Of a stretch of 64,000 bases of DNA, positions 13,074-25,495 are shown one piece after another. A program made the translations under genes and the position numbers. The number at the start of each line of letters is the position of its first letter. Positions within the stretch are counted from its first letter, which is position 1. Location of the stretch: positions 42,906,001 to 42,970,000 of the forward strand of contig NW_024704743.1 of assembly GCF_018977255.1 (NCBI RefSeq), given 5' to 3'. The notes beneath the pieces were generated by a model, which worked only from the letters and a program-made list of their open reading frames with translations, made no database searches and had not been told where the DNA came from. The DNA comes from Callorhinchus milii (lineage: Eukaryota).

Positions 13074-13361
13074 GTGGCTCTGGCCTGCTTCACGTCCCTC
13101 GCCTTGCTCGCCCCACTATTGGTGGGCGGGCCTTCCACCACTCTGCCCCCACCCTCTGGAACTCCATCCCGCTGTTCCATCTCACCCCCTCCCTTGCCAC
13201 CTTCTACACCCTCCTCTTCAAATGTGCTTTCGATCTCCCTGCTTTCCCAATTGCCCTCCATCCTCCTCCACCCAGCTCAGGTCCATAACTCTGTCTGTGC
13301 AGCACCTTGGGACGTTCTCCTGACGTGAAAGGCGCTATACAAATGTAATTTTGTTGTTGTT
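13074..13361 (+). mobile_element. L2 LINE 3' end
   Basis: GGRAF-type region followed by the tail gcaccttgggacgttctcctgacgtgaaaggcgc...(TTG)n. Confidence 0.8.
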
Positions 13362-13364
13362 GAT

Positions 13365-13575
13365 GAATAGTGCCATGGAATCATTAATGAACAGGCAGAA
13401 TGGACATTGGTGTAATGTCTCATGCAACGAATAGCACCTCCAACTATACAACACACGCACAACATTGCACTGGTATGTCAGGCTGGACTATATGAGTTCA
13501 AAATCTAGACATGAGGCTTAAACCCACAACCTTCTGACTTAGAGATGAGAGGTATATCAACTGAGCCAAACTGAG
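13365..13575 (-). mobile_element. Older DeuSINE (SacSINE1/AmnSINE1-like) 5' part
   Basis: Reverse complement reads ggctcagttg...ctctcatctctaagtcagaaggttgtgggtttaagc, the same head as the copies ending near 39880 and 51370 and starting at 55376. Confidence 0.65.
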
Positions 13576-14557
13576 TTTTTGTCAGCTATATGACTGACAC
13601 ATGAGGAAATTAAATACTATGCTTAAGAGTCCCATGTATACCACCTAAACATGGAAATTCCTGTATCTGGAACGCAATTTGCACTCTTTCCTTGAGTGAC
13701 AGACATACCCTGCTTACGCAATTCCAGAGAAAATTAAGCACAGGTTGGCAAGAGCCAAGGCTTGGAGTCTCCAGAGTGTGTGAACTCTGCTTGAGTTCAA
13801 CCAGCTAAACCCACAAAGCTTACAAATGAAAGCACAATTAAGAAAGTAATCAATAATTTGACAAATTCAATTCACTTAAAAAATTCTACATATATAAATT
13901 AAATTGAGACCCCTATGGAATTTCTATCCCATTGATGTCCACAATAATAATAATACTAATATAATCCTTGTATTTGGTCATTGAAATGTCTCAAAGCACT
14001 TCAATCTATTTACTGTAGAGTGTAGTGAGTGTATTTTTTAGGCAAACGTAGTACAGTAGCCAGTGTCGCACACAGCAATGTCCCAGAAACAGCCATGAAG
14101 CGAGTGTCCAATTTTATCTGGAGGGTTGTTAACCAGAACACCCTGCAGGTAATTGGTGGACCAGCATGTGCAGGGGACCCTGTGAAAAGACAGGCTTCTA
14201 AATGTAAGGCTCAAAAGGTAAAAATAAAAACCGTTTTCATTAACTGAAACTAGAAATTCCAGAAAGTTTCCTTCTTTGGTTTACGATCACTGTACCACTT
14301 AACCTTCCCCCCCACCCCCCAAATGTCTGGAATGCTCTTTGCCCATCTTCAAGTCATACATGTGAAGACTTTCATCTGTTGAGCCCTTTGGTCACCTCCC
14401 GTCCCTTTCCACCTCAGCAACAAACCTGTTAACACTGCTGTTTAAGTCCTCCAAGATGCTACATAAGAAGTGTTGTATATAGCAACAACAACAAATTACA
14501 TTTTTATAGCACCTTTCGCACGGGAAGACGTTTCAAGGCACTGATAAATAATATAAA

Positions 14558-14725
14558 TATAATAATCCTTTTATTTGATATAGCATCTTACCACGTCTTT
14601 AAGATGTCTCAAAGTGCTTCACAGAATACACTGTAAAGTGGATTGACTGTATATTTTGTGGGCGAAATACAGCAGCCAATTGTGCACAGCAGTGTCCCAC
14701 AAACAGTCGTGGATTGAGTGACCAA
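14558..14725 (-). mobile_element. Truncated SINE
   Basis: Reverse complement of the SINE 3' half. Confidence 0.8.
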
Positions 14726-15784
14726 GTTATATATTTTTATTAAAATGCAAGTTGTCGTTGTGTTTGCATTTCTGAATTTCTTTCATTTTTTGAGATTTCT
14801 GAGGTTGCTTTTTGTATGCTTCTTAATATTACATTCCATATTTTTAATTAGGAGAGATTTGCATGCATTCAATTGCACATGGACAAATATCTATTTTCAC
14901 CACTCAGCTGACCTGTGCCATTCCAGAGTAGGAAATATAAAGCTTCTGCTGGCTCTGAATCACTTTACCGCTGGAAGCAATATAACAAGTCATTTCCAGC
15001 AAAATAAAGCAGGCATAAAGAATTGTATGCCTGTAAAGAATGATTTAAAAACAATCTAAAGCTGAAATATCTGTTCTGTTTTGATTCCATGTAAATATTG
15101 GGGTGTAATTTGTAGTATGCAGTATTAAAAATTTTAGTCCATCCAACAATGAGATACATCACATCAACCCATGTGAATTTCATTCCAACACATTCTACCT
15201 TCAGATCTTTTCTGGTCAGCTGAGCATCTGACACATGTGGAAACCCGTCACTATGCTTAAGAGTATCCAAACCAAACTGAGAATTCCATACATCCCACCT
15301 ACACATGGAATTTCCAGAGATAGATTGTTGGAATGGAATGCGCACAGGACGCATCCTGCTTACCTAATTCCAGGAAGTTTTAGGCATAGGTTGGCAAGAG
15401 CCAAGGCTTGGGAATCAGAGAGTGTGTGTTGGGTGTGAGTGTTCCTTGCTCCACAAGCCTCTGTTTGCCTAGCGATGGGTGGGAACCCAGTTGTTGATCG
15501 ATTTGTGGATCATTTTCTGGGGATAATAATCCCTCAAAAAAANTTTGGGAGTCACTCAATCCATGACTGTTTGTGGGACATTGTTGTGTGCAATTGGCTG
15601 CCACATTTTGCCTACAAAATACCCGGTCACTATACTTTACAGTATATCCTATGAAATGGTTTCAGACGTCTGGACGACGTGATAAGGCGTTATATCAAAT
15701 GCAAGGATTATTATTGCATAACCAGCTAAAACCACAAAGCTTGCTATTGATATATCTGTCTGGCAAGCTTTTGTGCTGCGTATC

Positions 15785-18726
15785 TCCGATATTTCGACAC
15801 TTCTTACATCTCTCTGCCTCTGCTCTGATCGCCTCATCATCCTGGGCGACTTTAACCTGCACTTCACCCCCTCCTGCTCCATCTCCTCAGATTTGGAGTC
15901 CTGTAGCTCAGTGGTTAGAGCACTCGCTTTGCAAGTGAGAGACCTGAGTTCAATTCCAGGCAGGGCAAAACCTTGGGCAAGTTTCCTTACTCCACACGCC
16001 TAATAATAATCCCTCTAAAAAACCAAAAACAATAATTAAATTGGTCATTTTCAATCTACGACTGTTTGTGGGACATTGCTGTGCGCAATTGGCTGCCGCG
16101 TTCGCCCACAAATATACAGTCAATTCACTTTACAGTGTGTTCTGTGAAGCGCTTTGGGACATCCTCCCGACGTGAAAAGCGCTATATCAAATGCAAGGAT
16201 TATTATTATTATTATATATATTTCTCTTCCCTGCTCTCCTCGCTCAACCTCTCCCTCCACATCAACTCCCCCACTCACAGTCACGGCCACCCACTCGACT
16301 TGGTGATCACCCGGGGCCTCAGTGTCTCGGATGTCACTATCACCGACAAGGCCGTCTCCGACCACCACTTCATCTCCTTCACCACCTCCACCCCACTCCC
16401 CACCTCCACCAGACCCACCACCATCTTCTACCGCCCCTGGAAGAAGTTACCCCACAATCCCTAACCTTGGAATCCTCTGAACTCCTCTCCCTCTGGCCTT
16501 CAACCCTCACTGACCCCTCTTCTCCTCTCACCCTCCTCCACAACACCCTCTCCTCCACACTCAATACTCTTGCCCCCATCACCTCCCATACCGTCTCCTA
16601 CTCTCGCTCCTCCCCCTGGTTCACCACCCACCTCCGCTCACTGAAGAGCCAGGTGCGGGCCGCTGAACGCACCTGCGTCAAATCTGGCCTAACGGTCCAC
16701 CGACAAATCTGGCTGGACCTCCTCAAAATCTACCGCTCCACTCTAGCCTCGGCCAAGTCGTCCTTCTACTCCAGGATAATCCTGGAGGCGAAGAACAACC
16801 CCAGGCTACTGTTTTCTACCACATCCCGACTCCTCCGTCCCCCCGCCACCCCGCGCAGGTCATCTCCTCCAACCTTCACTGCGAGGAGATGCTGGATTTC
16901 CTTGAATCCAAAATCAAGGGAATTCGCTCCGCGGTCACTTCCCCTCCAACATCCACCCACCACCCCCCCCCTCCCTCCCACACTCCGACTCCTACCCATC
17001 CTCCCCTACACACTTTCGTACCCGTTTCCCCACCCTCTGTCACCAAACTCATCCTATCCCTGAAACCCACCACCTGCTCCCTTGACCCCATCCCCACTCC
17101 ACTCCTTATCTCCCAGCTCCACCTCCTTGCCCCACATATCACAGACATCGTCAACCTGTCCCTCTCCTCTGGCTCTGTTCCCATTCCCTTAAAAACTGCC
17201 ACCATCACTCCCACCTTGAAAAAACCCTCCCTTGATGCGTCGCAGCTATCAAGCTACCGGCCCATCTCCAACCTCCCCTTCCTGTCCAAGGTCCTGGAAT
17301 GAGTTGTCGCCTCCCAGCTGCGCTCTTTCCTCTCCACCCATTCATTATTCGAACCCCTTCAGTCGGGTTTCCGTGCTGCCCATAGCACAGAAACTGCCCT
17401 GGTCAAGGTCACCAATGACATCCTGACCATCTGTGACCAGGGCTCCCTCTGCCTCCTCGTCCTCCTCGACCTATCGGCAGCATTCGATACGGTCGTCCAC
17501 GATATCCTCCTCCACCGCTTGTCCTCCCACCTCAACCTTCAAGGCCCTGTCCTTGAGTGGTTTAGGTCGTACCTCTCCCACTGTCTTCACTTTGTTTCCG
17601 CGAATGTTTTTTCCTCCTGTCTCGTGTGGTGTCCCTCAGGGCTCTGTCCTCGGTCCCCTCCTCTTCACCCTCTACATGCTCCCCCTTGGTGACATCATCC
17701 GCAGAAATGGGGTTAACTTCCACATGTATGCGGATGACACCCAACTCTACCTTTCCTCCTCTACCCTCAACTCCACGACCACCGATGTCCTGACAGCCTG
17801 CCTGTCCGACATCGAGTCCTGGACGAGAGACAACTTTCTTCAGCTCAACGTGCGTAAAACTGAGGCCCTCCTGATTGGCTCACGTCAGCGCCTCCGCACC
17901 TCAGGCGCTGACAGCATCAGCATCCAAGGCTGCACTCTCCACCTCTCAAAGCCAGTCAGGAACCTCGGGTTCTGTTCGACCCTGAGCTGTCCTTTCTTCC
18001 CCATATCCGCGCCACAACTGGCACCGCCTTCCATCACCTCCGGAACATCGCCAGACTACGGCACTACCTCACCCCTCACGCTGCTGAAACTCTGGTCCAC
18101 GCCTTTATCACCTCAAGGCTGGACTATGGGAACTCTCTCCTCGCCGGCCTTCCCGGCACCTCCCTCCACAAGCTGCAGGTCATTCAGAACTCTGCAGCTC
18201 GTGTACTGTCCCGCACCAGGCTTCGGGACCACATCACTCCCACCCTCGCTCGCCTCCACTGGCTCCCCATCCCCCAGAGGATCGATTTCAAGATCCTCAT
18301 CCTCACCTACAAGGCCATTCATGGCCTTGCTCCCTCCTACCTCTCCGACCTACTATCCCCCTACCTACCTGCCCGTACCCTCCGTTCCTCTGGCTCCGGT
18401 CTGCTCCACATCCCCCGCCCCAACCGCCCTACCATCGGTGGCCGGGCCTTCAGCCTCTCAGCCCCGAGGCTCTGGAACCCTATCCCCCAGTGCCTTCGCC
18501 GCCTCCTCCCTTTCCTCCTTCAAGGCCGGTCTCAAGACCTTTCTCTTTGACCGTGCCTTCAGCTCCCCTCTCGACTCTCTACCCCCTCCTCGCTTCCTCC
18601 CTTCCCTCCCCTCACCCTGACCATTTCCCCCACTGCTCAGGTCCTGACCCAACTGTACAGCACCTTGGGACATCCTCCCGACGTGAAAGGCGCTCTATAA
18701 ATGGAATCTTGTTGTTGTTGTTGTTG
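15785..18726 (+). mobile_element. 5'-truncated L2-clade LINE with disrupted ORF2 (APE endonuclease plus reverse transcriptase)
   Basis: Endonuclease motifs LIILGDFNLH, GHPLDLV and SDHH. RT motifs [25 protein letters not shown] and YADD (17727-17738). Premature TGA at 17300-17302 and several frameshifts. (TTG)n tail; probable TSD GTATC (15780-15784 and 18726-18730). Confidence 0.95.
15895..16219 (+). mobile_element. Full-length tRNA(Ala-like)-derived Deu-domain SINE nested in an L2
   Basis: A and B boxes, anticodon arm ctcgc-tttgcaa-gtgag (TGC), (TTA)n tail, TSD ATTT. Removing it restores the L2 frame HFTPSCSISSD|FSSLLSSLNL. Confidence 0.93.
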
Positions 18727-19379
18727 TATCCAGTGAGGACTACCCTAGCCATTGGCTTGGAGGGTTAACAGGACCTGAGTGGGATCACTCCCTAATCCCA
18801 ACCTCCAAATAATGGGATTCTCTTATTAAGCAATTCCAATGGGAAACACTGCCAATTAGATCCCATTATCTTTTCTTAATTAGAACCATAGAACTACAGA
18901 AATCTATGACACAATAGGGAGCCATTTGATCCATTGGATTTGTATCAGTATTCACTCCTTCAATGGAGCTATCTCTCCATAGCTCAAATACACTGTCTAT
19001 AGTTCGATGCCTAAAACTACACTCAATACTGCAGCTAATCAATATCATTATTGTTTTCTTACTTTTGAATCGAAATACTTTCTCATTCGATGTTTATTTA
19101 ATGTTAGCCTGATGTTTCTATTCAAATCCTATTCAACTTGGAAAATAAACATAATTATCACTGAGCCTGCAAATCCATGGTTGGCTGCTAATACTTTCCA
19201 TCCATGATTGATGTTGTAGTATTCATCTGGTCATACGGTCAATAGTGAGACTCCAGGCCATGTCTACTGCAATAGTTGATAGGAAAAGATACAGTTTTCA
19301 TCCTTTAAGAGAGACAGTCCACTTTCAGGTATTGTGGTCTAGTCAGAATCTCAATAACAATCGATGCAACTGTGCCTTA

Positions 19380-19610
19380 CTCCACACAGAGCCTAGTAAT
19401 AATCCCTCCAAAACCAAAACAATAATAAAATTGATCATTTTCAATCTACAACTGTTTGTGGGACATTGCTGTGCGCAATTGGCTGCCGCGTTCGCCCACA
19501 AATATACAGTCAATTCACTTTACAGTGTGTTCTGTGAAGCGCTTTGGGACGTCCTCTTGACGTGAAAAGCGCTATATCAAATGCAAGCATTATTATTATT
19601 ATTATTTATA
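19380..19610 (+). mobile_element. 5'-truncated SINE (short variant)
   Basis: Near-identical to the 3' two-thirds of the copy at 15895. Confidence 0.88.
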
Positions 19611-20369
19611 TAAAAACTGTAATACTCAACAATTTTATTGTTAGCAGAGATTTAACAACAAATAACAACACATTGCATTTTTACAGCGCCTTTCACTTCA
19701 GGAGGATGGCCCAAGGCCCTGGAAAGATTAACAAACCCTCTTGGGATGATTATAGTACTGAAGAGACCAGTTAGAAATTATTATTGGGGAAGAATCGCAA
19801 AGGGTTTCAATTCAAAGCACTGCTGAGCTTTCACAGGACAGAAATATTAGGTAAACAAATGATTCAGAAAATTGCAAGCCCGTCCGCCAAACACTGACAG
19901 GTAAAATAACGGAATTCATTCTAAGAGGCAAATTGAAGGAACATTTATAGAGCAACAATTTAAAAGCTAGACAGTCAATGTCAGCCAATTGTTCAGCTAC
20001 AGGTAGGTGTCACAAACTCAACCTGTTCTCACCCAATGTCTAAAACATCCACTTTTGAGTATGGGTTACTGGAGCAGGAACCTGGGCTGAATTGACCTTT
20101 CCCTAGCTAGGGACACTAAAGCCAATTATAATGCCCCTTCTGCTCTTTAACCTAGATCAGCAAATTCAGCAAAAAGTAGGAATCAAGCCTGGATCCATCT
20201 GCTCTGTAAGGCTAAGTGCCACATTGGGTGATACCTTTACCCATTAGACCGCTGGAGGTGATTCCTAATTTTTTGAGTGAACCTTTGTCACTAAGATGGG
20301 GGGAGATGAATGCCATCAGAGCATTGAGTGGCAGCGTCAAGTATTTCCAGCTTTGGTACAATAATAATG

Positions 20370-20512
20370 TTGCACTGCTGTGCGCAATTGGCTGCCACTT
20401 TTCACCCACAAAATATACAGTCGATTCACTTTACAGTATATTCTGTGAAGCACTTTGAGACGTCTCGAAGACGTGATAAGGTGCTATATCAAATGCAAGG
20501 ATTATTATTATA
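20370..20512 (+). mobile_element. SINE 3' fragment
   Basis: Deu core and tail. Confidence 0.8.
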
Positions 20513-20807
20513 ATACAATTTATGTTTATATCACCTCAGGAGAACATGTCAAAGAACTTTACAAAGCTGGCTGGGCACCGAGTCAGGGGGGAAAGGGGAG
20601 CTGAAATAGATGAGTTGGGAGGTAAGATAACCAAAATCTTGGTCATAAAGGGAAATATTAAGGCAAGCATTAAGTATTAAGGAACCAGTGGAGGCGAGTG
20701 AGGATGGAGTGATGGGCTTGCAGAGTCTGGTGTGGGAGAGGACATGGCTATTAGTCTTTTGCTCTTCAACAATGTGCCAAAAGCAAGGAGTGTTAGACTG
20801 AACTAAC

Positions 20808-21100
20808 AGTTCAGTCTAACACAACAGTTCAGCAATTGGGAAACGCTGCATTATCCTCCTTAAATGAGACAATAAACTGAGGTCCCCTCTTCAGCTAGAT
20901 TATAAAGATTCTGTGTCATTATTCAAAAAGAGAAGGGAGTTTTCCCGGTGTCCTGGCCAACAATCTTCATAGCTGATTGTGGGACCTAGCTGTGAGCAAA
21001 ATGACTGCCAGAAGTTACTACACTTAACAGTAATTAATAAAAATCACTTTGAAATATTCCAGTCTGATAAGGAGCTTTAAAAATCCAAGTTCCTTCTTTT
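20808..21100 (+). mobile_element. Older DeuSINE (SacSINE1-like), 5'-truncated
   Basis: aagagaagggagttttcccggtgtcctggccaac...tgtgggacctagctgtgagcaaaatgactgcc is Deu-domain-like. Confidence 0.6.
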
Positions 21101-22729
21101 TAAGGGCATTTGCCCTTTGAGATAAAGCCATTGAACAATCTCTCGCACTCTATCATCAATCAATCACTATTCTGCACTCACTGCTCTCTGTGTTAGCATT
21201 GCATTTGAGCAATTTTACAATGAAAAGTGACTTTAATAATACTATTACAAATGTCAACTGAGGTTCACATTATGTAACCGCATGGGAAACAGAACCTGAA
21301 CAAAATGGATTATTTTCACTCACCCATTTAATTCTTGCAAGTGCAAATTGCTTCTTGCAGACTACTCCACAAGCCTACCGTTCTGATACTAAACCATCAG
21401 AGTTCAGTCAGCTGATTAAATTCCAGGTATTTAAGCTACTTCTCAGCCGAACAGCGTGATAGAACATGTGGAAACAGATCTCGTATCAGTCTAGGTAACC
21501 CTGGCTCCTGTTTTCCAACACTCAGCAAATTAAGTAGTCAGGTAATGCCCACTTCATCTAATAGTTACAAGCCATAACTTTGTCCCAGAAATTTGGTTCA
21601 AGTGCAACACTATTTGATGCTATGTAGCTCTCCGCAAATGAATATGGCTTTCAGAGGGGAAAACAAAACAAAACAAAAATGCTATATTCTATAATTATAA
21701 TAAACAAGGGGACGCCAAATAATAAATAAGAGAACCTTTCAGTGTATATGAATATGGTGAAAATTCGAATGCCTGATAAATTTCCAATCATCAGAATAAA
21801 TAGAGGATTCCAAATTCTAGACTTGATCTGTTTGTAACATGCCAGTGTTGCAAAGGAGATAATATCATAGGAAATTTCTCCTCCATACAGTTTTTAACTG
21901 CAGCAGAATATGATGCTTTACAATTGGATTTGCTGGAAGATTGAATGATTGAAATAGGCTTTGCTGCAAATATCTCTACATAATTATTCTTAAGCGCAAC
22001 CTGTAGAAATCCTACCTCAAACATAAGCCTGATTTAAGCCTGCAGGTCTTGTTTTGTCACAAAGCTTGAGTTATCGAATGTTTTGGAAAATATTTTGAAC
22101 AATTTACCATTTTATTATTTGTGCATGAGTGTGAATGTGTACTAGTGTGAGTGTATGAGTTTGGTGTGTGAATGTGTACTCAAAAGTTCATGTGTGAATA
22201 TGTGTTCAATTACAGGTAAATCGCAGAAAGGAATGTTAATGCATATTTCCCCAGATGCCATATGCACGCCATAAGATAAATGACAATGACTATTTTAGGT
22301 GACAGCTGTTTAGAAAAAAAGGTAATTCAGTGCTGTCTCCTCCACTGGAGCTATCTGTTTTTATCTCACTGTTTCCCCATACACTTTATTATTATTTTCA
22401 AGTATTTTTCAGATACTATTTTAAATACTCTTAGGGCTCAGCGTCAAAAGCCTTTTTGTGGTAATTATGCAATCCAACATCCCTTTTTACCTCTGGTGAT
22501 AATCACCAATTGAATGTCTTCTTGTTAGCCTCCCTTCAAATCTTTTCAGAATTTTCTGTTCATAATATTCTGTGAAACACATTGAGACGTGATAAGGCAC
22601 TATATCAAAAGCTTTATTATTATTAATTTTGAAATGATCCATCAGATTTCTCTTAACATTCTCTGCTGTGAAAGAAGTAGTTCCAGTAGCTGTCAAGATC
22701 AGCCATGATCTAATAAACTGTTATAAACA

Positions 22730-22880
22730 CGACTGTTCGTGGGACACTGCTGTGCGCAATTGGCTGCTGCTTTCGCCCACAAATATACAGTCAATTCACT
22801 TTACAGTCTATTCTGTGAAGCGCTTTGAGACATCTCGAAGATGTGAAAAGCGCTGTATCAAATGTAAGGATTATTATTAG
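22730..22880 (+). mobile_element. SINE 3' fragment
   Basis: Deu core and tail. Confidence 0.8.
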
Positions 22881-25214
22881 TAGTATAATGCCAGAACAGG
22901 CTCGAGGGGCTGAACAGCCTATCCCTGTGCCTATATCAATCCAGTAGCAACAGTACATTAAACTTAACTTCGGCTGGATAGTGAACTTCAAAGTCATATA
23001 GGACCAATTGATTCCTCAATATTGCTCTCAGTTAACCATAAGGGCTTTCTTTAAGTGATGGTTTAAAAATGTAAATATCCAAATCGCTGTATCCTTGTAA
23101 AACCACCTGACACTCAATTTAGAAAACGCATTATCTTAAAGGTACAAAGCATCTTGTGGTTCTCCATCAACACGTTTAGCTTTTTTTTAAGCAAAGTTTT
23201 AAGGACACACAAATGCTAAATTGTGCCCTGGTAACCTGAAGCTAGCTGAGGTTGAGGAGTTTTCAGACCAAAAATAACGATGCTTAATTCCTCAGTAGAG
23301 TTGAATTAACCCTCCCAAAGCCAAGCATGGTTCAAATGATGCAGGAATTCACGTGCAAGACCTCGGTTAATATAAATAATAATCCTTGCATTTGATATAT
23401 CACTTTTTACACCTTCTGGACGTCTCAATGCACTTCACAGTATATACTGTAAAGTGAATTGACTGTATATTTGTGAGCGAAATGCAGCAGCTAATTGAGC
23501 ACAGCAGTTTTCTAATGAGATCATGGGTCAAGGCAAAGTTTACGCCAGGAACACAATGATTTTTTCCACCTGAGAACTTTAGCAATCCCTTAGGGCTCCT
23601 CCTTTTTTTGCATGTAGTTTTTGCATTTAACAAATGTGGCAGTCATTTTAGTGATTCCACCAAAGCAACTGAACCAAGTAGATTCAAGTAGGCATAGGTC
23701 AATCGTCTGTGTGTTCTTACCAGACACAAAAAACACAGTTTCCACTGATGGTAGATTTTCATAAATGTCAGCAAAACATTTTTGAGCAGTAATATTTTTG
23801 CAGTCTTCTGCACAAATTATGCAATATAAATTGCATGTTTTCACTTTGAACACACACTCTAGCTGGTAATGCTGGTCGTACCACTGAATGCAACATATCT
23901 CTTTTAGATAAAGTATGATTTTAACAGAATTTATCAATAAAAGTTTTGTCAGGGTTTTACGAGATGTATGGCATTGACTTTCCTATTTCTTACCAGTTGT
24001 TGGTGCCTCTTTGTGAACCCAATTAATACAGAGAGCATAATGCAGGGTCTGTGTAACTTTCTGTTTCCTGCAGATAACACCTTAACATCTAATTACCATA
24101 CTATATTCACTACTAATATTAAAAACAGGAGGAAAAAGTGTAGGTAATGTCTTTTGCTGAAGTAATCTGCAGAAATATACACTGTTTTTCACCCAATTGT
24201 TTCCACGGTTTTAAATATTTTGAACCTTATTACATATGTTCAAGGTTTATCAATTGTCCTTATAATTAAACAGACATACCCTCTTGCGTTCTCTTTTACT
24301 GTTAACAATGAAACCACATGCAGTTCAACAACCTAAGCATTTAATGTCCTCCTCATTTACTCCGAATCCCAGTAAAACTACAGTGAAAACATTTGTTGCT
24401 ATTAGGTATCTGAGACAGTGTTAAAGTGTTAAAAGTAAAACCCAAGAATTGGCATCTTTGAAATTCAAGCTAATTATCCTGCATAATATTGTTATATAAA
24501 TATCTTAAAAGACAAAACAGGTCTGTAACAAGTGATTATTTGGATTATTTGAACTTCAGTTTAAGGTCCTCCATACTCCTTTGCATTCTTTCCATGCCAT
24601 TTGTATACTATAATAGTGTGGTGGTGCCAATGATCAGGCTTGATGCCTTCAATCTGCTGTTCCATTTGATTCATTACAGTAAGCATCTGATTCAAGTTGT
24701 AAAATAATCATAATATGTAATCTCACTTACCTGCTGCTCCAGTGGCCAGATCATTACTTGTCTTGTCATCTCTCATGCTGTACCACTAAATTCTGCAGCC
24801 TTGCCCTATCGTTGATAACATTCTTCACCACCTCTAAACTTTTCAGTCTGTTGTAGTCTTAGAGACTAGGCGATTCTGTGTGTAGTCTCAGTCATTATTA
24901 CCATACAATGTCCCAACACAGAAACACGCCATTTGGCTCATCAAATCTTCACTGTTATTTTCTCCCTCCACATAAGACATTTAATTTATTCCTACTCTTA
25001 TAAGATTAATATAATAATCCTTGCATTTGATATAGAGGATTTATAAAGGATTTATTTATTTGATATAATAATAATCCTTGAATTTGATATAGCATTTAGC
25101 TTGTTGGCAATATATCTCAAAAGCACTTCACAGGAAATACTGTAAAGTGATGTGACTGTGTGTATTTTGTGGACGAATGCAGCAGCCAATTTGCACACAG
25201 CTGTGGTGCTCCTG

Positions 25215-25495
25215 CTCGCTCCTCATATCTTTCAATATTGCTCTTTTGCAAGCATCTCTCCAATTCCATCTTAAAGTAATTTACAGGCTCTGCTTCAATG
25301 ACTGTTAGTGGCAGAGAATTGCACATTCCAACCACCCTCTGCACAAAGATTTTTTTTCTAATCTCCCCTCTAATTCTTTTTATTGTCATCTTCAACCCAT
25401 ACCCTCTCGTTGCTGACTCACCAAACAGTGAAAATAATTTATTATTATTTACCTTGTCATAACTCTTTATCATCTTGAAGACCTCTATCAAATCA
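25215..25495 (-). mobile_element. CR1 LINE 3' fragment
   Basis: Translation DLIEVFKMIK...TRGYGLK...FVQRVVGMCNSLP is the CR1 ORF2 C-terminus. Confidence 0.8.

Noticed and set aside
15542..15542. Ambiguous base N
   Set aside because: Assembly ambiguity in a SINE oligo-A tract, with no biological meaning.
15895..15970. tRNA-Ala-like sequences here and at 6811, 36601, 41336 and 44286
   Set aside because: These are SINE heads. They run directly into the SINE body, lack a proper acceptor stem and have variable anticodons.
15785..18726. Active LINE or domesticated reverse transcriptase gene
   Set aside because: 5'-truncated, interrupted by a SINE, with a premature stop and several frameshifts.
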